This document shows, in pieces, positions 26,996 to 36,202 of a DNA stretch of 64,000 bases. The notes below the pieces were generated by a model. That model searched no databases. It saw nothing but the letters and a program-made list of their open reading frames with translations, and was not told the origin of the DNA. Both the position numbers and the translations under genes were made by a program. This DNA is from a bacterium (lineage in GTDB: Bacteria; Verrucomicrobiota; Kiritimatiellia; RFP12; UBA1067). Where the stretch lies: assembly GCA_025360845.1 (NCBI GenBank), contig JANYBJ010000303.1:1545-65544 (forward strand), given 5' to 3'. Positions within the stretch are counted from its first letter, which is position 1; the number at the start of each line of letters is the position of its first letter.

Positions 26996-27175
26996 ATGCC
27001 GCGCATTCAAATGACGCCGATGGTCAAGATCGCACTGGTGGTTCTCCGCCTCTACCTGCTGGTTCTGTTGACCCTGATCGGCATCAGTTTCTACCGCATG
27101 TTTTCCAAGAGCCGCTCGCCGGCAGAAGCGACGGGCGCCGCGCAGGTTCCGGCCGCTACGGCTCCGGCCCGGTAA
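26996..27175 (+). CDS. Small single-TM membrane protein (59 aa), hypothetical
   Basis: GAGGTG Shine-Dalgarno 5 nt upstream. Hydrophobic core VKIALVVLRLYLLVLLTLIGISF. Last gene of the NRAMP cluster. Confidence 0.4.
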   Translation: MPRIQMTPMVKIALVVLRLYLLVLLTLIGISFYRMFSKSRSPAEATGAAQVPAATAPAR

Positions 27176-27225
27176 CGCCGCGGGGACGCCCCGCCCTTGA
27201 ATGGACGGGAATTTTAAACCGTGCC

Positions 27226-28041
27226 TTATGAGGCTTGGGGTGCGGCCCGGCGGGCATAGGCGAGGCAGAAAGCCCCGAGGACCAAGATGCCCAGGCTGAT
27301 CGTCTGGCTGATCGAAAAAGGTCCGACGGCCAGACGCGGGTCGCCGCGCAGGTATTCGATGCCGAAGCGCAGCGCGGCGTAGCTGACGAGGTAGCAGCCG
27401 GTGATGAGGCCTCGCTGTGAGTGACGGCGCGGGTAGAGCCGGTAGAGGACGATGAAAAGGACAAGGTTGGCGGCCGCTTCGATCAACTGGGTCGGAATCA
27501 CAGGCAGGCTTTTGAGCGCGGTCTGCGCGATCAGCGGCGGGGTGGCCGAGACCTGTTCCCACCAGGCGGGCGACTTTGCGGGGAAGGCGACGCCGATCCA
27601 GGAGTGCGTGATCTTGCCGTAGCAGCACCCGTGCATGAAGCAGCCCAGCCGTCCGAACGCGTGACCGATCGGCACAACGGCGAGCACCAGATCTGTGATT
27701 TGGAACAGGTGCTTGCGGTAAACGCGCGCATAAAGCGCAAGAACAAAGGCGGCGGCGATGAGCCCGCCGTAAAACATCAGGCCGCCTTGGTCGATCCTGA
27801 GGATGTCGAGCGGGTGGTCTGCGAATTCCGCGGTCCAGTGTTCCAGAACATAGGCGGTGCGCGCGCCGAAGACCGCCGAGAGCATCAGCCAAGTTAACAG
27901 CGAGGTGAGCTGTTCGGCATCTTGGCTCGTGCGCTTGCAGAGCCAGACGGCGGCCTGCCAGCCGAAAAGGAAACCCAGCGCCATGCAGAGTCCGAACGCG
28001 CGGAGAGTGAGGGGGCCGATCTGAAAGAGTTCCGAATGCAT
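27226..28041 (-). CDS. lgt: Prolipoprotein diacylglyceryl transferase
   Basis: 271 aa. GPLTLRAFGLCMALGFLFGW, GGLMFYGGLI, GRLGCFMHGCCYG motifs. Confidence 0.92.
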   Translation of the reverse strand: MHSELFQIGPLTLRAFGLCMALGFLFGWQAAVWLCKRTSQDAEQLTSLLTWLMLSAVFGARTAYVLEHWTAEFADHPLDILRIDQGGLMFYGGLIAAAFVLALYARVYRKHLFQITDLVLAVVPIGHAFGRLGCFMHGCCYGKITHSWIGVAFPAKSPAWWEQVSATPPLIAQTALKSLPVIPTQLIEAAANLVLFIVLYRLYPRRHSQRGLITGCYLVSYAALRFGIEYLRGDPRLAVGPFSISQTISLGILVLGAFCLAYARRAAPQAS

Positions 28042-28334
28042 AAGAGGGGTTTGGTATACGAAACATATATCATAGGGACTCGCCCAACGGGCGGCAACCC
28101 AAATATCACGGCTTTTTCAGATGTGTTTCCTGCGTGGCTCAGGGAGCCCGTACAAATCCAAGGTCTTTGCTTGACGATTGGCTTTATTCGCTGTTATTCT
28201 CATTCACGTTCTTAGAGGTTGGTAACGTATCGACCGCCAGAGACCGGCGGGGTATCGTATGCGGATGTCCGAAGCGGAATCCATGTGCGCTGGTCGTGAG
28301 TTGTTTTTAAAGGGTTTAGGAGAGAAGAAGACGT

Positions 28335-29015
28335 ATGAACACTGCGATTTTAGTGGCTGCCGGAAAAAGCGAGCGGATGGGCTCGAACACCGACAAGGCC
28401 TTTTTGAATTTGGGTGCCAAGCCGGTGATCGCCTGGTCGCTGTTGGCTTTTGAACAATGTGTCGAGATTGACCAGATCATTCTGGTGGTGCGCAAGGACC
28501 AAGTGTTGGCCGCCAAGAGTGTGGCCCAGATGTTCGGCATCTCGAAGATCCGTTCGATTGTGGCGGGCGGCGGACGCCGTCAGGATTCGGTCATCAACGG
28601 CATGAAGGAGCTGGACCCGGAAACGCGGGTGGTGATCGTGCACGACGGCGCCCGCCCGTGCGTCACGCCGGAGCTGATCATCGAAACCATCAAGTGCGCC
28701 AAGCGCAACGGCTGCGGCATTGCGGCCTCGCGCCTGTGGGACACCATCAAGTATGTCGAGCGCGGTTCGACGGTCGACCACACGGTCGACCGCACGAAAC
28801 TCTGGGCGGTGCAGACGCCGCAGGCGTTCAGCACCGAGTTGTTGCGCCGGGCCTACCGGACCGTGGAGGAGCAAAAGGTGACGGTGACCGACGAGGCGGG
28901 GGCCTTGGAGCTGATCGGAGAGCCGGTGCGCCTGGTCGAGTGGCCGCGTCACAACATCAAGATCACTACGGCCGAAGATCTGCCTCTGGCGGCCGCCACA
29001 ATGAAAATCACTTAA
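28335..29015 (+). CDS. ispD: 2-C-methyl-D-erythritol 4-phosphate cytidylyltransferase
   Basis: 226 aa. AILVAAGKSERMG...KAFL, VHDGARPC, VQTPQAF motifs. Confidence 0.92.
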   Translation: MNTAILVAAGKSERMGSNTDKAFLNLGAKPVIAWSLLAFEQCVEIDQIILVVRKDQVLAAKSVAQMFGISKIRSIVAGGGRRQDSVINGMKELDPETRVVIVHDGARPCVTPELIIETIKCAKRNGCGIAASRLWDTIKYVERGSTVDHTVDRTKLWAVQTPQAFSTELLRRAYRTVEEQKVTVTDEAGALELIGEPVRLVEWPRHNIKITTAEDLPLAAATMKIT

Positions 29016-29027
29016 TGTCTTTTTGCC

Positions 29028-29756
29028 ATGGATCGAAAATACGCGATATTGGGGGATGTTCACTCAAATCTTGAGGCACTGAATGCCGTGGTCGAAGACG
29101 CCCGCAGCCGCGGCGTGACCGATTTCGTGTCCGTGGGCGATGTGGTGGGGTATAACGCCAGTCCGTCACAGTGCATCAAGATCATGCGCGACATCGGCTG
29201 CGTGACGGTGCGCGGCAACCATGACCACTACTGTTCCTACGACGAGAGCCTCGACGACTTTCAGCCCTTGGCGGCAAGTGTGATCGCGTGGACGAGGCGG
29301 CAGTTGACGGAAGACGATGTCAAATGGTTGCACGACCTGCCCTACCAGAGGTCGTGCGGCGGCTTTATGCTGGTACACAGCACGCTCGACATGCCGGACC
29401 GCTGGGGCTATGTGTTCGACACCTTGGCGGCGGAGGCGAACTTCAGCTATCAGATGACGTCGCTCTGCTTTCACGGGCACACGCATGTTCCGATGATCTA
29501 CGAGAAGCAGCGCGAGATCATGCGCGTTGAGCCCTGCAAGATCAAGATCACCTTCGGGCCGAAGTTTTTCATCAACGTGGGGAGCGTCGGGCAGCCGCGC
29601 GACAGTGATCCCCGCAGCATCTATGTGCTGTACTGCGCGAAGACCAAGGAACTGGACTTCATCCGGGTGCCGTACGATATCGAGACCGCGATGGAGAAGA
29701 ACATGAAAGCCGGGCTTCCCGAGCGTCTCGCGCTGCGCCTGGCCCAAGGCCGCTGA
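29028..29756 (+). CDS. Metallophosphoesterase family protein
   Basis: 242 aa. ILGDVHSN, VSVGDVVGY, RGNHD, GHTH motifs. Confidence 0.85.
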   Translation: MDRKYAILGDVHSNLEALNAVVEDARSRGVTDFVSVGDVVGYNASPSQCIKIMRDIGCVTVRGNHDHYCSYDESLDDFQPLAASVIAWTRRQLTEDDVKWLHDLPYQRSCGGFMLVHSTLDMPDRWGYVFDTLAAEANFSYQMTSLCFHGHTHVPMIYEKQREIMRVEPCKIKITFGPKFFINVGSVGQPRDSDPRSIYVLYCAKTKELDFIRVPYDIETAMEKNMKAGLPERLALRLAQGR

Positions 29757-29765
29757 GCCGCGGGT

Positions 29766-30629
29766 TCAGACCCGCCGCCGGAACTCGTTCGGAGAGACGC
29801 CGAACGAGTGGCGGAACGTGCGCGAGAAGTTGAACGCGTCGGAGAAGCACAGCGACGCGGCGATGTCTTTCACGAGGGTGTCGGTGGTCTGCAGCAGTTC
29901 GGCCGCGCGGTTGAGGCGGAGGTGGAGCAGATACTGGAACGGACTCTCACGTCCGAAACGGCGGAACAGCCGGCAGATGTACGCCTCGTCAACCTCGCAG
30001 GCCGTCGCGATCTCGGCGAGACTGGTGAGGGTCACAAAGCGCTCCGCAATATGGCTTCGCACCCGCTCGTAAGTCGCGAAAGCTTTCGCGCCGGTGTCAT
30101 CCGCAGGCCGGTACAGCTCGCCTATTTTCAGAACCAGATACCGCAGGATTGTCGCGCACTGCCGGTCGCGGTCCGCATGGTCGCCCAGCCCTTGGCTGAT
30201 CAGGTCATCGAAGACCGATTGGACGCGTTCCGGTTGGGCGATATGCCCGACGCTGCCGGACCCCATGCCGCAACACGCCAGCAGCCTCAGGCTCTTGACG
30301 CCGGTGAAGACCACGAAATACTTCCAGAGGGGCGAGTCGGGCGCGGAGGTGATGCGGTGGCCGAGACGCGGTCCATAGGCGAAAACCGTGCCCGGCATGA
30401 GAGGGTGCGACACCTCGCCGAAACGCACCGTGCCGCTGCCGCGGATCACAAACTCGATGCAGGGATGGGCAAAACTCGTACGTTCGTTGTCGTAATCGGG
30501 CGAACACTTCTCAAGTCCGCCGCTCATGACGGCGAGATCGTCCACGACATCTTTGCGCAGGTTGAGATAGAACCGTTGCGCATCGATCACTTGGCGGCTG
30601 AAGTAACGGGGCTGGCGGTTAGGAATCAT
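29766..30629 (-). CDS. AraC family transcriptional regulator (cupin-type N-terminal sensor)
   Basis: 287 aa. C-terminal HTH_18 pattern (LAEIATACEVDEAYICRLFRR..., FSDAFNFSRTFRHSFGVSPNEFRR). Confidence 0.88.
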   Translation of the reverse strand: MIPNRQPRYFSRQVIDAQRFYLNLRKDVVDDLAVMSGGLEKCSPDYDNERTSFAHPCIEFVIRGSGTVRFGEVSHPLMPGTVFAYGPRLGHRITSAPDSPLWKYFVVFTGVKSLRLLACCGMGSGSVGHIAQPERVQSVFDDLISQGLGDHADRDRQCATILRYLVLKIGELYRPADDTGAKAFATYERVRSHIAERFVTLTSLAEIATACEVDEAYICRLFRRFGRESPFQYLLHLRLNRAAELLQTTDTLVKDIAASLCFSDAFNFSRTFRHSFGVSPNEFRRRV

Positions 30630-30770
30630 AAGACGAACGATAAGTGAATTGATTTTATATTAGCGAAAAGGTAGAACGGTGCAAAGCCGGAAGTGCAGTG
30701 CCCAGCGGTTCCAAATCAAAGGGGGGCGGGATGCTGGGAGGCGCGAGGGAGGTGGCGGAGCGGCATAAAT

Positions 30771-30848
30771 GGGAGCGAATAGGGGTCGTAGTTATGGGAG
30801 CGAATAGGGGTCGGAGCGAATAGGGGTCGTAGTTAAATATTCTACAAT
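30771..30848. repeat. Left flanking repeat block (3 partial tandem copies of GAGCGAATAGGGGTCG; the last carries the full 23-bp inverted-repeat arm)
   Basis: Read directly: units at 30771-30795, 30796-30813 and 30814-30846. Confidence 0.8.
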
Positions 30849-30872
30849 TGAGAGTGCGGCGGCCTGTCGGAT

Positions 30873-31744
30873 TTGCTAAATTACAGACATTTGAGACATC
30901 ATGTGCCGGGCGGTTGGTACCACATCACAACCCGTGGGCTGGGACGCCGAACGCTGTTTCACACGGACCGCGACCGTGAGCACTTCATCGAGTTGCTGGA
31001 CGTGATGGTCGAGCGTTACCGCATCGTCCTGCATGCTTATGTGCTGATGGGAAACCACTATCATTTGCTGATCGAATCGCCTGAAGGGAATGTCAGCCGG
31101 GCGCTGCAGTGGCTGAACACCAGTTACAGCGTATGGTACAACATTAAGCACGACTGCGTTGGGGCGCTCTTCCAGTCGCGCTTCAAAAGCGTCCCCGTGG
31201 ACAATGAGGGTTCATGGGCTCTTGAGTGCTCGCTGTATGTCCACTTGAACCCCGTGCGGTTAAAGATGCTCGGGCAGGGCAAGGATGACCTGAGGCGCGA
31301 GAAACAGGGGATGCTCCCTGAAGAGCCAAGCGAAAAGCAGATTATAAAGAGGCTAAAATTTCGACGGCGGTGGCCGTCGGCAGTTCGGTGTTCATTGCGA
31401 ACCTGCGCAAGCGGGTATTGAAAATGAAGGGTGCGAACACAAACGAACGGGACTGGCGACGGCTACTTCCGTTCCCTGATGTGATCGCCGCCGTCGAAAA
31501 GATCAAGAATGAGCCTTGGGATGATTTTGCCAGCCGGCACGGGGATTGGGGCAGGGACCTGGCACTCTATGTCGGACGGCTGCGCTGCGGCCTGACCCTG
31601 AAAGAACTTGGCGCCTATTCTGGCATGAACGTCCAGGCTGTGTCGCAGGCCGTAATGCGCATCGGGAAGCGTCTGAAAAGGGAAAAGGAACTGAGCATGG
31701 CGTACAGAAACACCCTCATAATCCTTGGAGAAAACAAAGCATGA
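30873..31744 (+). pseudogene. IS200/RAYT-like HUH tyrosine transposase with DnaA-C-like HTH tail, frameshifted or internally deleted near 31365-31375
   Basis: The N-terminal domain is intact, with HUH (GNHYHLLIESP) and the Tyr motif (SLYVHLNPVR). The reading frame ends at 31421. The C-terminal HTH part (HGDWGRDLALYVGRLRCGLTLKELGAYSGMNVQAVSQAV) is in another frame (open from 31322). Confidence 0.65.
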
Positions 31745-31752
31745 TTTCTATT

Positions 31753-31814
31753 TGTAGAATATTTAACTACGACCCATAGGATCTGTAGAATATTTAACTA
31801 CGACCCATAGGATC
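31753..31814. repeat. Right flanking repeat block (2 x 31 bp perfect tandem: TGTAGAATATTTAACTACGACCCATAGGATC)
   Basis: Read directly: copies at 31753-31783 and 31784-31814. Confidence 0.85.
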
Positions 31815-31865
31815 TGCTATCCTTTTGCGCTCACGTCGCTGAAGTTTGCAATTGATGCAGAGTCC

Positions 31866-32084
31866 ATGTTTCCCGCGCAGATTCGGCTAACCGTGGTAAA
31901 TCAGTCGCTTCTGATAACGGGCGACTCCAAGGCGCTACGGAACCTTGGGTGTTCTCTGATCAACGTGTTCACGGGCGCAACATCCGATGAACACATGCAC
32001 CTAGAGCATTATGCTGGGAATCAACTGGTTGCCCCTTCTGGGTGTACCGTGGTCTTTACTTGTGCCGAGGTTGCTGAGAAATGA
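31866..32084 (+). CDS. Hypothetical small protein (72 aa), lower GC than surroundings
   Basis: ORF only. No Shine-Dalgarno and no recognised family. Confidence 0.3.
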   Translation: MFPAQIRLTVVNQSLLITGDSKALRNLGCSLINVFTGATSDEHMHLEHYAGNQLVAPSGCTVVFTCAEVAEK

Positions 32085-32273
32085 TTATATGTTGCCGACC
32101 AAATTGACACCGTACGCCGTTGCCGAAATATTCCTGTGCAAAGCGGGGTGGATTCGTGCAGGCGCTGGGGCTGGGGAAAGAGGACCGTGAGCGCGAGAAG
32201 TCCGGGTTCTTGCCGAAGGAGCCGACGGGAGGATTGGATTGAAACGCGAGAGGGAAGGTGCGACAATCAACAC

Positions 32274-33497
32274 ATGTTTTTTCGAAGGATAATATTCTTA
32301 CGTGAGCGAGGCCTGTTCCTTTTGAGCGGGTGTGTCGTGCTGGCTTTGGCCTGTGCGGCCGCCGCGCAGCAGGAGGGTCCGAGGGTGTCGCGTGCCGGGG
32401 GGCCTTCCACGCCGGTTTACTCGAAGGACGGCACGATCGTGGTGTATGCTCCCGGGGCGAAGTCGGCTTACCGCGCGCCGGTGCTGGTGTTCGTCGACCG
32501 CACGCGCGAGGAGCTGCGGCGGACGACGCGCCTGAAACTGGGCTCGCATGCGTGCCTGCTGGAGATCGCCATCGGCGGGCAGAGCGACGGCGACACGCGC
32601 GTGTTGACGGCGCGGCTGCGCGACCGCGAGGGCGGGGTCCGCGAGCGGATCGAGCTGCCCGACCCGGAAAAGGCGGATCTGACGAAATTCCGCCGGGCGA
32701 TCTGCGCGGCGCTGCTGCGGGCGTGGATGGTCGATGCGGGCGGGACAGACGCGACGATGCGGGAATTGCCCGCCTGGCTGATCGACGGCGTGGTGCGCTA
32801 TACGGATCACGAGGTGCGGCAGACCGATGTGGACCGGATGTTGCTTTTGTGGTCGCACGCCTGTCTGCCCTCCGCGGTGGAGCTTTTCGCTATCGACAGC
32901 CTGGCCGCGACGCGCGAGCCGTCGGTGGCGGCGATGCTGGCGAGCTGGTTTCTCGATAAGCGTCAGAACGTCGTCCCCTTCGAAGCCCTGTTGCGCGGCG
33001 CGGCAACCGGCACGGCGTGGCGTCCCGAGGGCGCCGGGCTCTTGCTGGCCGGGACGGATGATCCTGCGGCGTTCGATCAGGCGCTGGACATGTGGCTGTT
33101 GTCGGAAGGGCGCGTCGTCATCAAGCCCGGCATGACGACCTCGGGAATCATGCGGCGTTTCCGCGCCCATCTGTTGCTCTACCCGGCCGATTATGGTAAA
33201 ACGTTGGACGCAAGCAGGGCGTGGCGGACGTTTCAGGAGGCGGTTGCGTCGGCGGATGACCCGGTGATCCGTTTGGCCGCTGCCGACAAGGCGGTGAAGA
33301 TGCGGATGGCGGCGTTCGGTCGCGATGGCATGCTTCTTGCTTTATCAGAATCGTATGCGGCCTTTTTGGAGGCGCTCGCGCGTGGTGCGAAGCCGGGTGA
33401 TCTCACGCGGCTTCTGATGGAGGCGGAAGGGATGCGCCGGGAGCTGGAGAGCAGAACGGCGAAAGGCGCGGTCCTGCAGCGGACGGTGCAAGAGTAG
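32274..33497 (+). CDS. Hypothetical secreted protein
   Basis: Start taken at MFFRRIIFLRERGLFLLSGCVVLALACAAAAQQ (signal peptide). The 453-aa ORF-track version is an upstream extension. Confidence 0.55.
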   Translation: MFFRRIIFLRERGLFLLSGCVVLALACAAAAQQEGPRVSRAGGPSTPVYSKDGTIVVYAPGAKSAYRAPVLVFVDRTREELRRTTRLKLGSHACLLEIAIGGQSDGDTRVLTARLRDREGGVRERIELPDPEKADLTKFRRAICAALLRAWMVDAGGTDATMRELPAWLIDGVVRYTDHEVRQTDVDRMLLLWSHACLPSAVELFAIDSLAATREPSVAAMLASWFLDKRQNVVPFEALLRGAATGTAWRPEGAGLLLAGTDDPAAFDQALDMWLLSEGRVVIKPGMTTSGIMRRFRAHLLLYPADYGKTLDASRAWRTFQEAVASADDPVIRLAAADKAVKMRMAAFGRDGMLLALSESYAAFLEALARGAKPGDLTRLLMEAEGMRRELESRTAKGAVLQRTVQE

Positions 33498-33546
33498 CGC
33501 GGCGCCGGAAACGGGCGTGTCTCGGGCGTGGAGTTAAAAGGTACAC

Positions 33547-34935
33547 ATGAAGAAAACGGTGAACGGGCAAAAGACGATCATAGGCAAGATCCATCCGGAT
33601 GTCTTGTCGTTCACGGTCGGCAAGGACCCGGTTCTCGATCTCGACTTGACGGTGTGGGACTGTCTGGGAACGGCGGCCCATGTGACCATGCTTTCTAAAA
33701 TGCGCGTGAAACCGCCGATACTGGGGACTGAAGAACGCAACCGCGTGGTGGCGGCGCTGGTGGAGGTCATGCGCGAGGCGCGGGCTGGCGGCTTCGCGAT
33801 TACCGAAGCGGACCAAGACGTCCATCTGGCTGTGGAGCGTCGGCTGACCGAGCGGCTGGGCGAACTCGGGCGCAAAGTACACACGGGCCGGAGCCGCAAC
33901 GATCAGGTGGCCGTGGACCTCCGGTTGCACGCGCGTGACCAGTTGCTGGGGCTGACCGAGGAGGTCGCGGCGCTGGCCGACGGGCTGGTGGCGTTCGGCA
34001 AGCGTCACGAGAAAGTCCCGATGGTGGGGCGCACGCACCTGCAGCCGGCGATGCCCAGTTCGGTCGGGTTGTGGGCCACGGCGTACGCGGAGACGCTCTT
34101 GGACGACCTGCTGATGGTTGAGGCGGCCTACACGTACAACGACCGTTGTCCGCTCGGTTCCGCGGCGGGCTACGGCGTGCCGCTGCCGGTCGACCGCGAA
34201 CTGACCGCCAGGCTCCTCGGTTTTTCCGGTCCGCACCACAACGTGTTTCACGCCAGCAATGCGCGCGGCAAGAACGAGGCGGTGATGCTGGCTGCCTGCG
34301 GCCAGATCATGCTGAGTCTCTCGCGCCTGGCCGAGGACCTGATTCTCTTCTCGATGCCGGAGTTCGGCTATTTCGTGCTGCCGCCCGAGCTGTGTACGGG
34401 GAGCAGCATCATGCCGCAGAAGTACAACCCCGATGTGCTGGAGCTGATCCGCGCCAAGGCGGCCGTGGTGTTGGGGTACGGGACTGCGGCGAACACGATT
34501 CTCAAGGCGATGCCGGGCGGCTACAACCGCGACCTGCAGGAGACCAAGGAGCTTTACATGGAGGGGCTGCGGGTGACGCGGGCCTCGCTGCGGATCATGG
34601 CGCTGATGGCTCAGTCGCTGACGGTGTGCCCGGAGCGCTTGCGCGCGGGGTTCACGCCCGGCGTGTTCGCGACCGACCGCGCGCTGGAGCTGGTGGCCGG
34701 CGGCCTGCCGTTCCGAGACGCCTATCAGCATGTCCGCACGCACCTCGACGAATTGGGGTCGGCAGACCCGGATCAGGCGTTGGCGGCAAAGACGCATCTG
34801 GGAGGAACGGCGGGTTTGGATTTCGCGTGGTACAAGGCGCGTGTCGGCGACGTGCGGCGGTGGGTCCGTGCGCGGCGCAAACAATCACAGGCGGCTTTCG
34901 GCAGGTTGCTGGGGGTTGCGTTTCCGGTGGCGTGA
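33547..34935 (+). CDS. argH: Argininosuccinate lyase
   Basis: 462 aa. HTGRSRNDQVAVDLRL, GSSIMPQKYNPDVLE fumarate-lyase signature. Confidence 0.95.
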   Translation: MKKTVNGQKTIIGKIHPDVLSFTVGKDPVLDLDLTVWDCLGTAAHVTMLSKMRVKPPILGTEERNRVVAALVEVMREARAGGFAITEADQDVHLAVERRLTERLGELGRKVHTGRSRNDQVAVDLRLHARDQLLGLTEEVAALADGLVAFGKRHEKVPMVGRTHLQPAMPSSVGLWATAYAETLLDDLLMVEAAYTYNDRCPLGSAAGYGVPLPVDRELTARLLGFSGPHHNVFHASNARGKNEAVMLAACGQIMLSLSRLAEDLILFSMPEFGYFVLPPELCTGSSIMPQKYNPDVLELIRAKAAVVLGYGTAANTILKAMPGGYNRDLQETKELYMEGLRVTRASLRIMALMAQSLTVCPERLRAGFTPGVFATDRALELVAGGLPFRDAYQHVRTHLDELGSADPDQALAAKTHLGGTAGLDFAWYKARVGDVRRWVRARRKQSQAAFGRLLGVAFPVA

Positions 34936-34955
34936 GCTTTTTCAAACGTGGAAGC

Positions 34956-35771
34956 ATGGGAGAAATGATGAAAAGCAGGATGAATAAGAAAATGTTTGCG
35001 GGCGTCATGGCCTGCATGGGTTTCCTGACGTGTGCGATCGCGCAGGAGGCGGTGAGTGCCGCGGCCGGGGCTCCGGCAGCGGTTGCGGCGGTCAACTCCT
35101 ACGGGATGTCTTTCAAGCAGGCGTGGATGTACGGCGGCGTCATCATGTGGGTGCTCGCCGCGGTGTCAGTCTTCGCGCTGGCGCTGGTTTTCTATTTTCT
35201 GACGGTGTTGCGCGTCGGGGCGGTGGCTCCGCATGCGCTGCTGAGCGATATCCTCGGGCGAGTGCGTGCGAACGACCTGAACGAGGTGCGGCGGCTGTGC
35301 GACCGCCACCCGTGCCCGTTGTCGGCGGTGGTGCTGGCGTCGTTGGAGTGCTTGCGCAACGTGCCGCAGTGCGACGCGTCGCTGTTGCGCAGCGCGACGG
35401 AAGCGGAGGGGGCGCGGCAGGCGGACGCGATTCAAGGGCAGACCGAGTTTCTGCTGGACGTCTCGACGATCGCGCCGCTGCTGGGGCTGTTGGGAACGGT
35501 GCTGGGCATGATGGCGGCCTTCGGCTCAGTGGCGAGCGGCGACGTCGCGAGCGCCAAGCCGGTCGTGCTGGCGGCCGGCGTGTCGAAGGCGATCGTGACC
35601 ACGGTCTTCGGACTGATCGTCGCGATTCCGAGCATGGCGTTTTACGCGTGTTTCCGGCGGCGGGCGAGCCGGCAGATCGCGAATCTGGAGACGGCTTCTG
35701 TGGAGGTGCTGACCGCGATTATCGGCGTGGGCGCCAAAGCGGGTTTTATTGACAGGATCGACAAAGCATGA
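34956..35771 (+). CDS. exbB: MotA/TolQ/ExbB family proton-channel protein
   Basis: Start at MGEMMKS (34956). APLLGLLGTVLGMMAAF and VFGLIVAIPSMAFY motifs. The ORF-track 541-aa version reads through argH. Confidence 0.88.
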   Translation: MGEMMKSRMNKKMFAGVMACMGFLTCAIAQEAVSAAAGAPAAVAAVNSYGMSFKQAWMYGGVIMWVLAAVSVFALALVFYFLTVLRVGAVAPHALLSDILGRVRANDLNEVRRLCDRHPCPLSAVVLASLECLRNVPQCDASLLRSATEAEGARQADAIQGQTEFLLDVSTIAPLLGLLGTVLGMMAAFGSVASGDVASAKPVVLAAGVSKAIVTTVFGLIVAIPSMAFYACFRRRASRQIANLETASVEVLTAIIGVGAKAGFIDRIDKA

Positions 35772-36202
35772 ACTTCAGGAAGAAATCTCGAAGCGTACTT
35801 CCGACCTTTCAGATGACGACGATGATGGACGTCGTTTTCCTGTTGCTTTTCTTCTTCATCTCGACGTCGATCTTTTCCCAGTGGGAGTACGAGGTCAAAA
35901 TCAGCCTTCCGTCGGCCAAGAGCGGCAAGGTGCCGGACCGTCTGCCGGGCGAGATCATCATCAACATCGCCAAGGACGGGCGCGTGTCGGTCAACCAGCA
36001 GGATCTGACGCTGGACGCGCTGAGGGGACGCTTGGACCGCCTGGCGCGTTATTTCCCTGGGCAACCGGTGGTGTTGCGCGCGGACAAGGAGACGCGGTAT
36101 GAGGCCCTCATCAAGGTGGTCGACACCTGCCGCATGGCAGACATCTGGAACTTCTCGATGGCCACGAGCGAAGACAAGAGCGTCGCGACGGAGAGCAAAT
36201 GA
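35768..36202 (+). CDS. exbD: ExbD/TolR family protein
   Basis: 144 aa. TTMMDVVFLLLFFFI TM segment, then GEIIINIAKDGRVSVNQQ and VVLRADKETRYEALIKVVD. ATGA overlap with exbB. Confidence 0.88.
   Translation: MNFRKKSRSVLPTFQMTTMMDVVFLLLFFFISTSIFSQWEYEVKISLPSAKSGKVPDRLPGEIIINIAKDGRVSVNQQDLTLDALRGRLDRLARYFPGQPVVLRADKETRYEALIKVVDTCRMADIWNFSMATSEDKSVATESK

Larger units (their letters stand above)
30771..31814 (+). mobile_element. Decayed RAYT/IS200-like element: HUH-Y1 transposase pseudogene flanked by inverted, tandemly reiterated repeats
   Basis: The left block (30771-30848) ends with GGGTCGTAGTTAAATATTCTACA. The right block (31753-31814) holds two 31-bp tandem copies of its reverse complement (TGTAGAATATTTAACTACGACCC...). 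Confidence 0.65.

Noticed and set aside
28042-28334. 293-bp lgt/ispD intergenic region as a possible structured RNA gene
   Set aside because: It holds only small local hairpins, with no match to SRP, 6S, RNase P or tmRNA cores that I can recall, and no terminator.
30771-31814. Possible CRISPR array, because of the short tandem repeats
   Set aside because: There are only 2-3 abutting copies per side with no spacers. The two blocks are inverted relative to each other and flank a transposase-like gene.
33403-34884. 493-aa minus-strand ORF
   Set aside because: Antisense to argH, which has unambiguous fumarate-lyase signatures.
34146-34955. N-terminal 270 codons of the 541-aa ORF 34146-35771
   Set aside because: This part overlaps argH in another frame and is Arg/Gly-rich nonsense. 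The ExbB homology begins at Met 34956.
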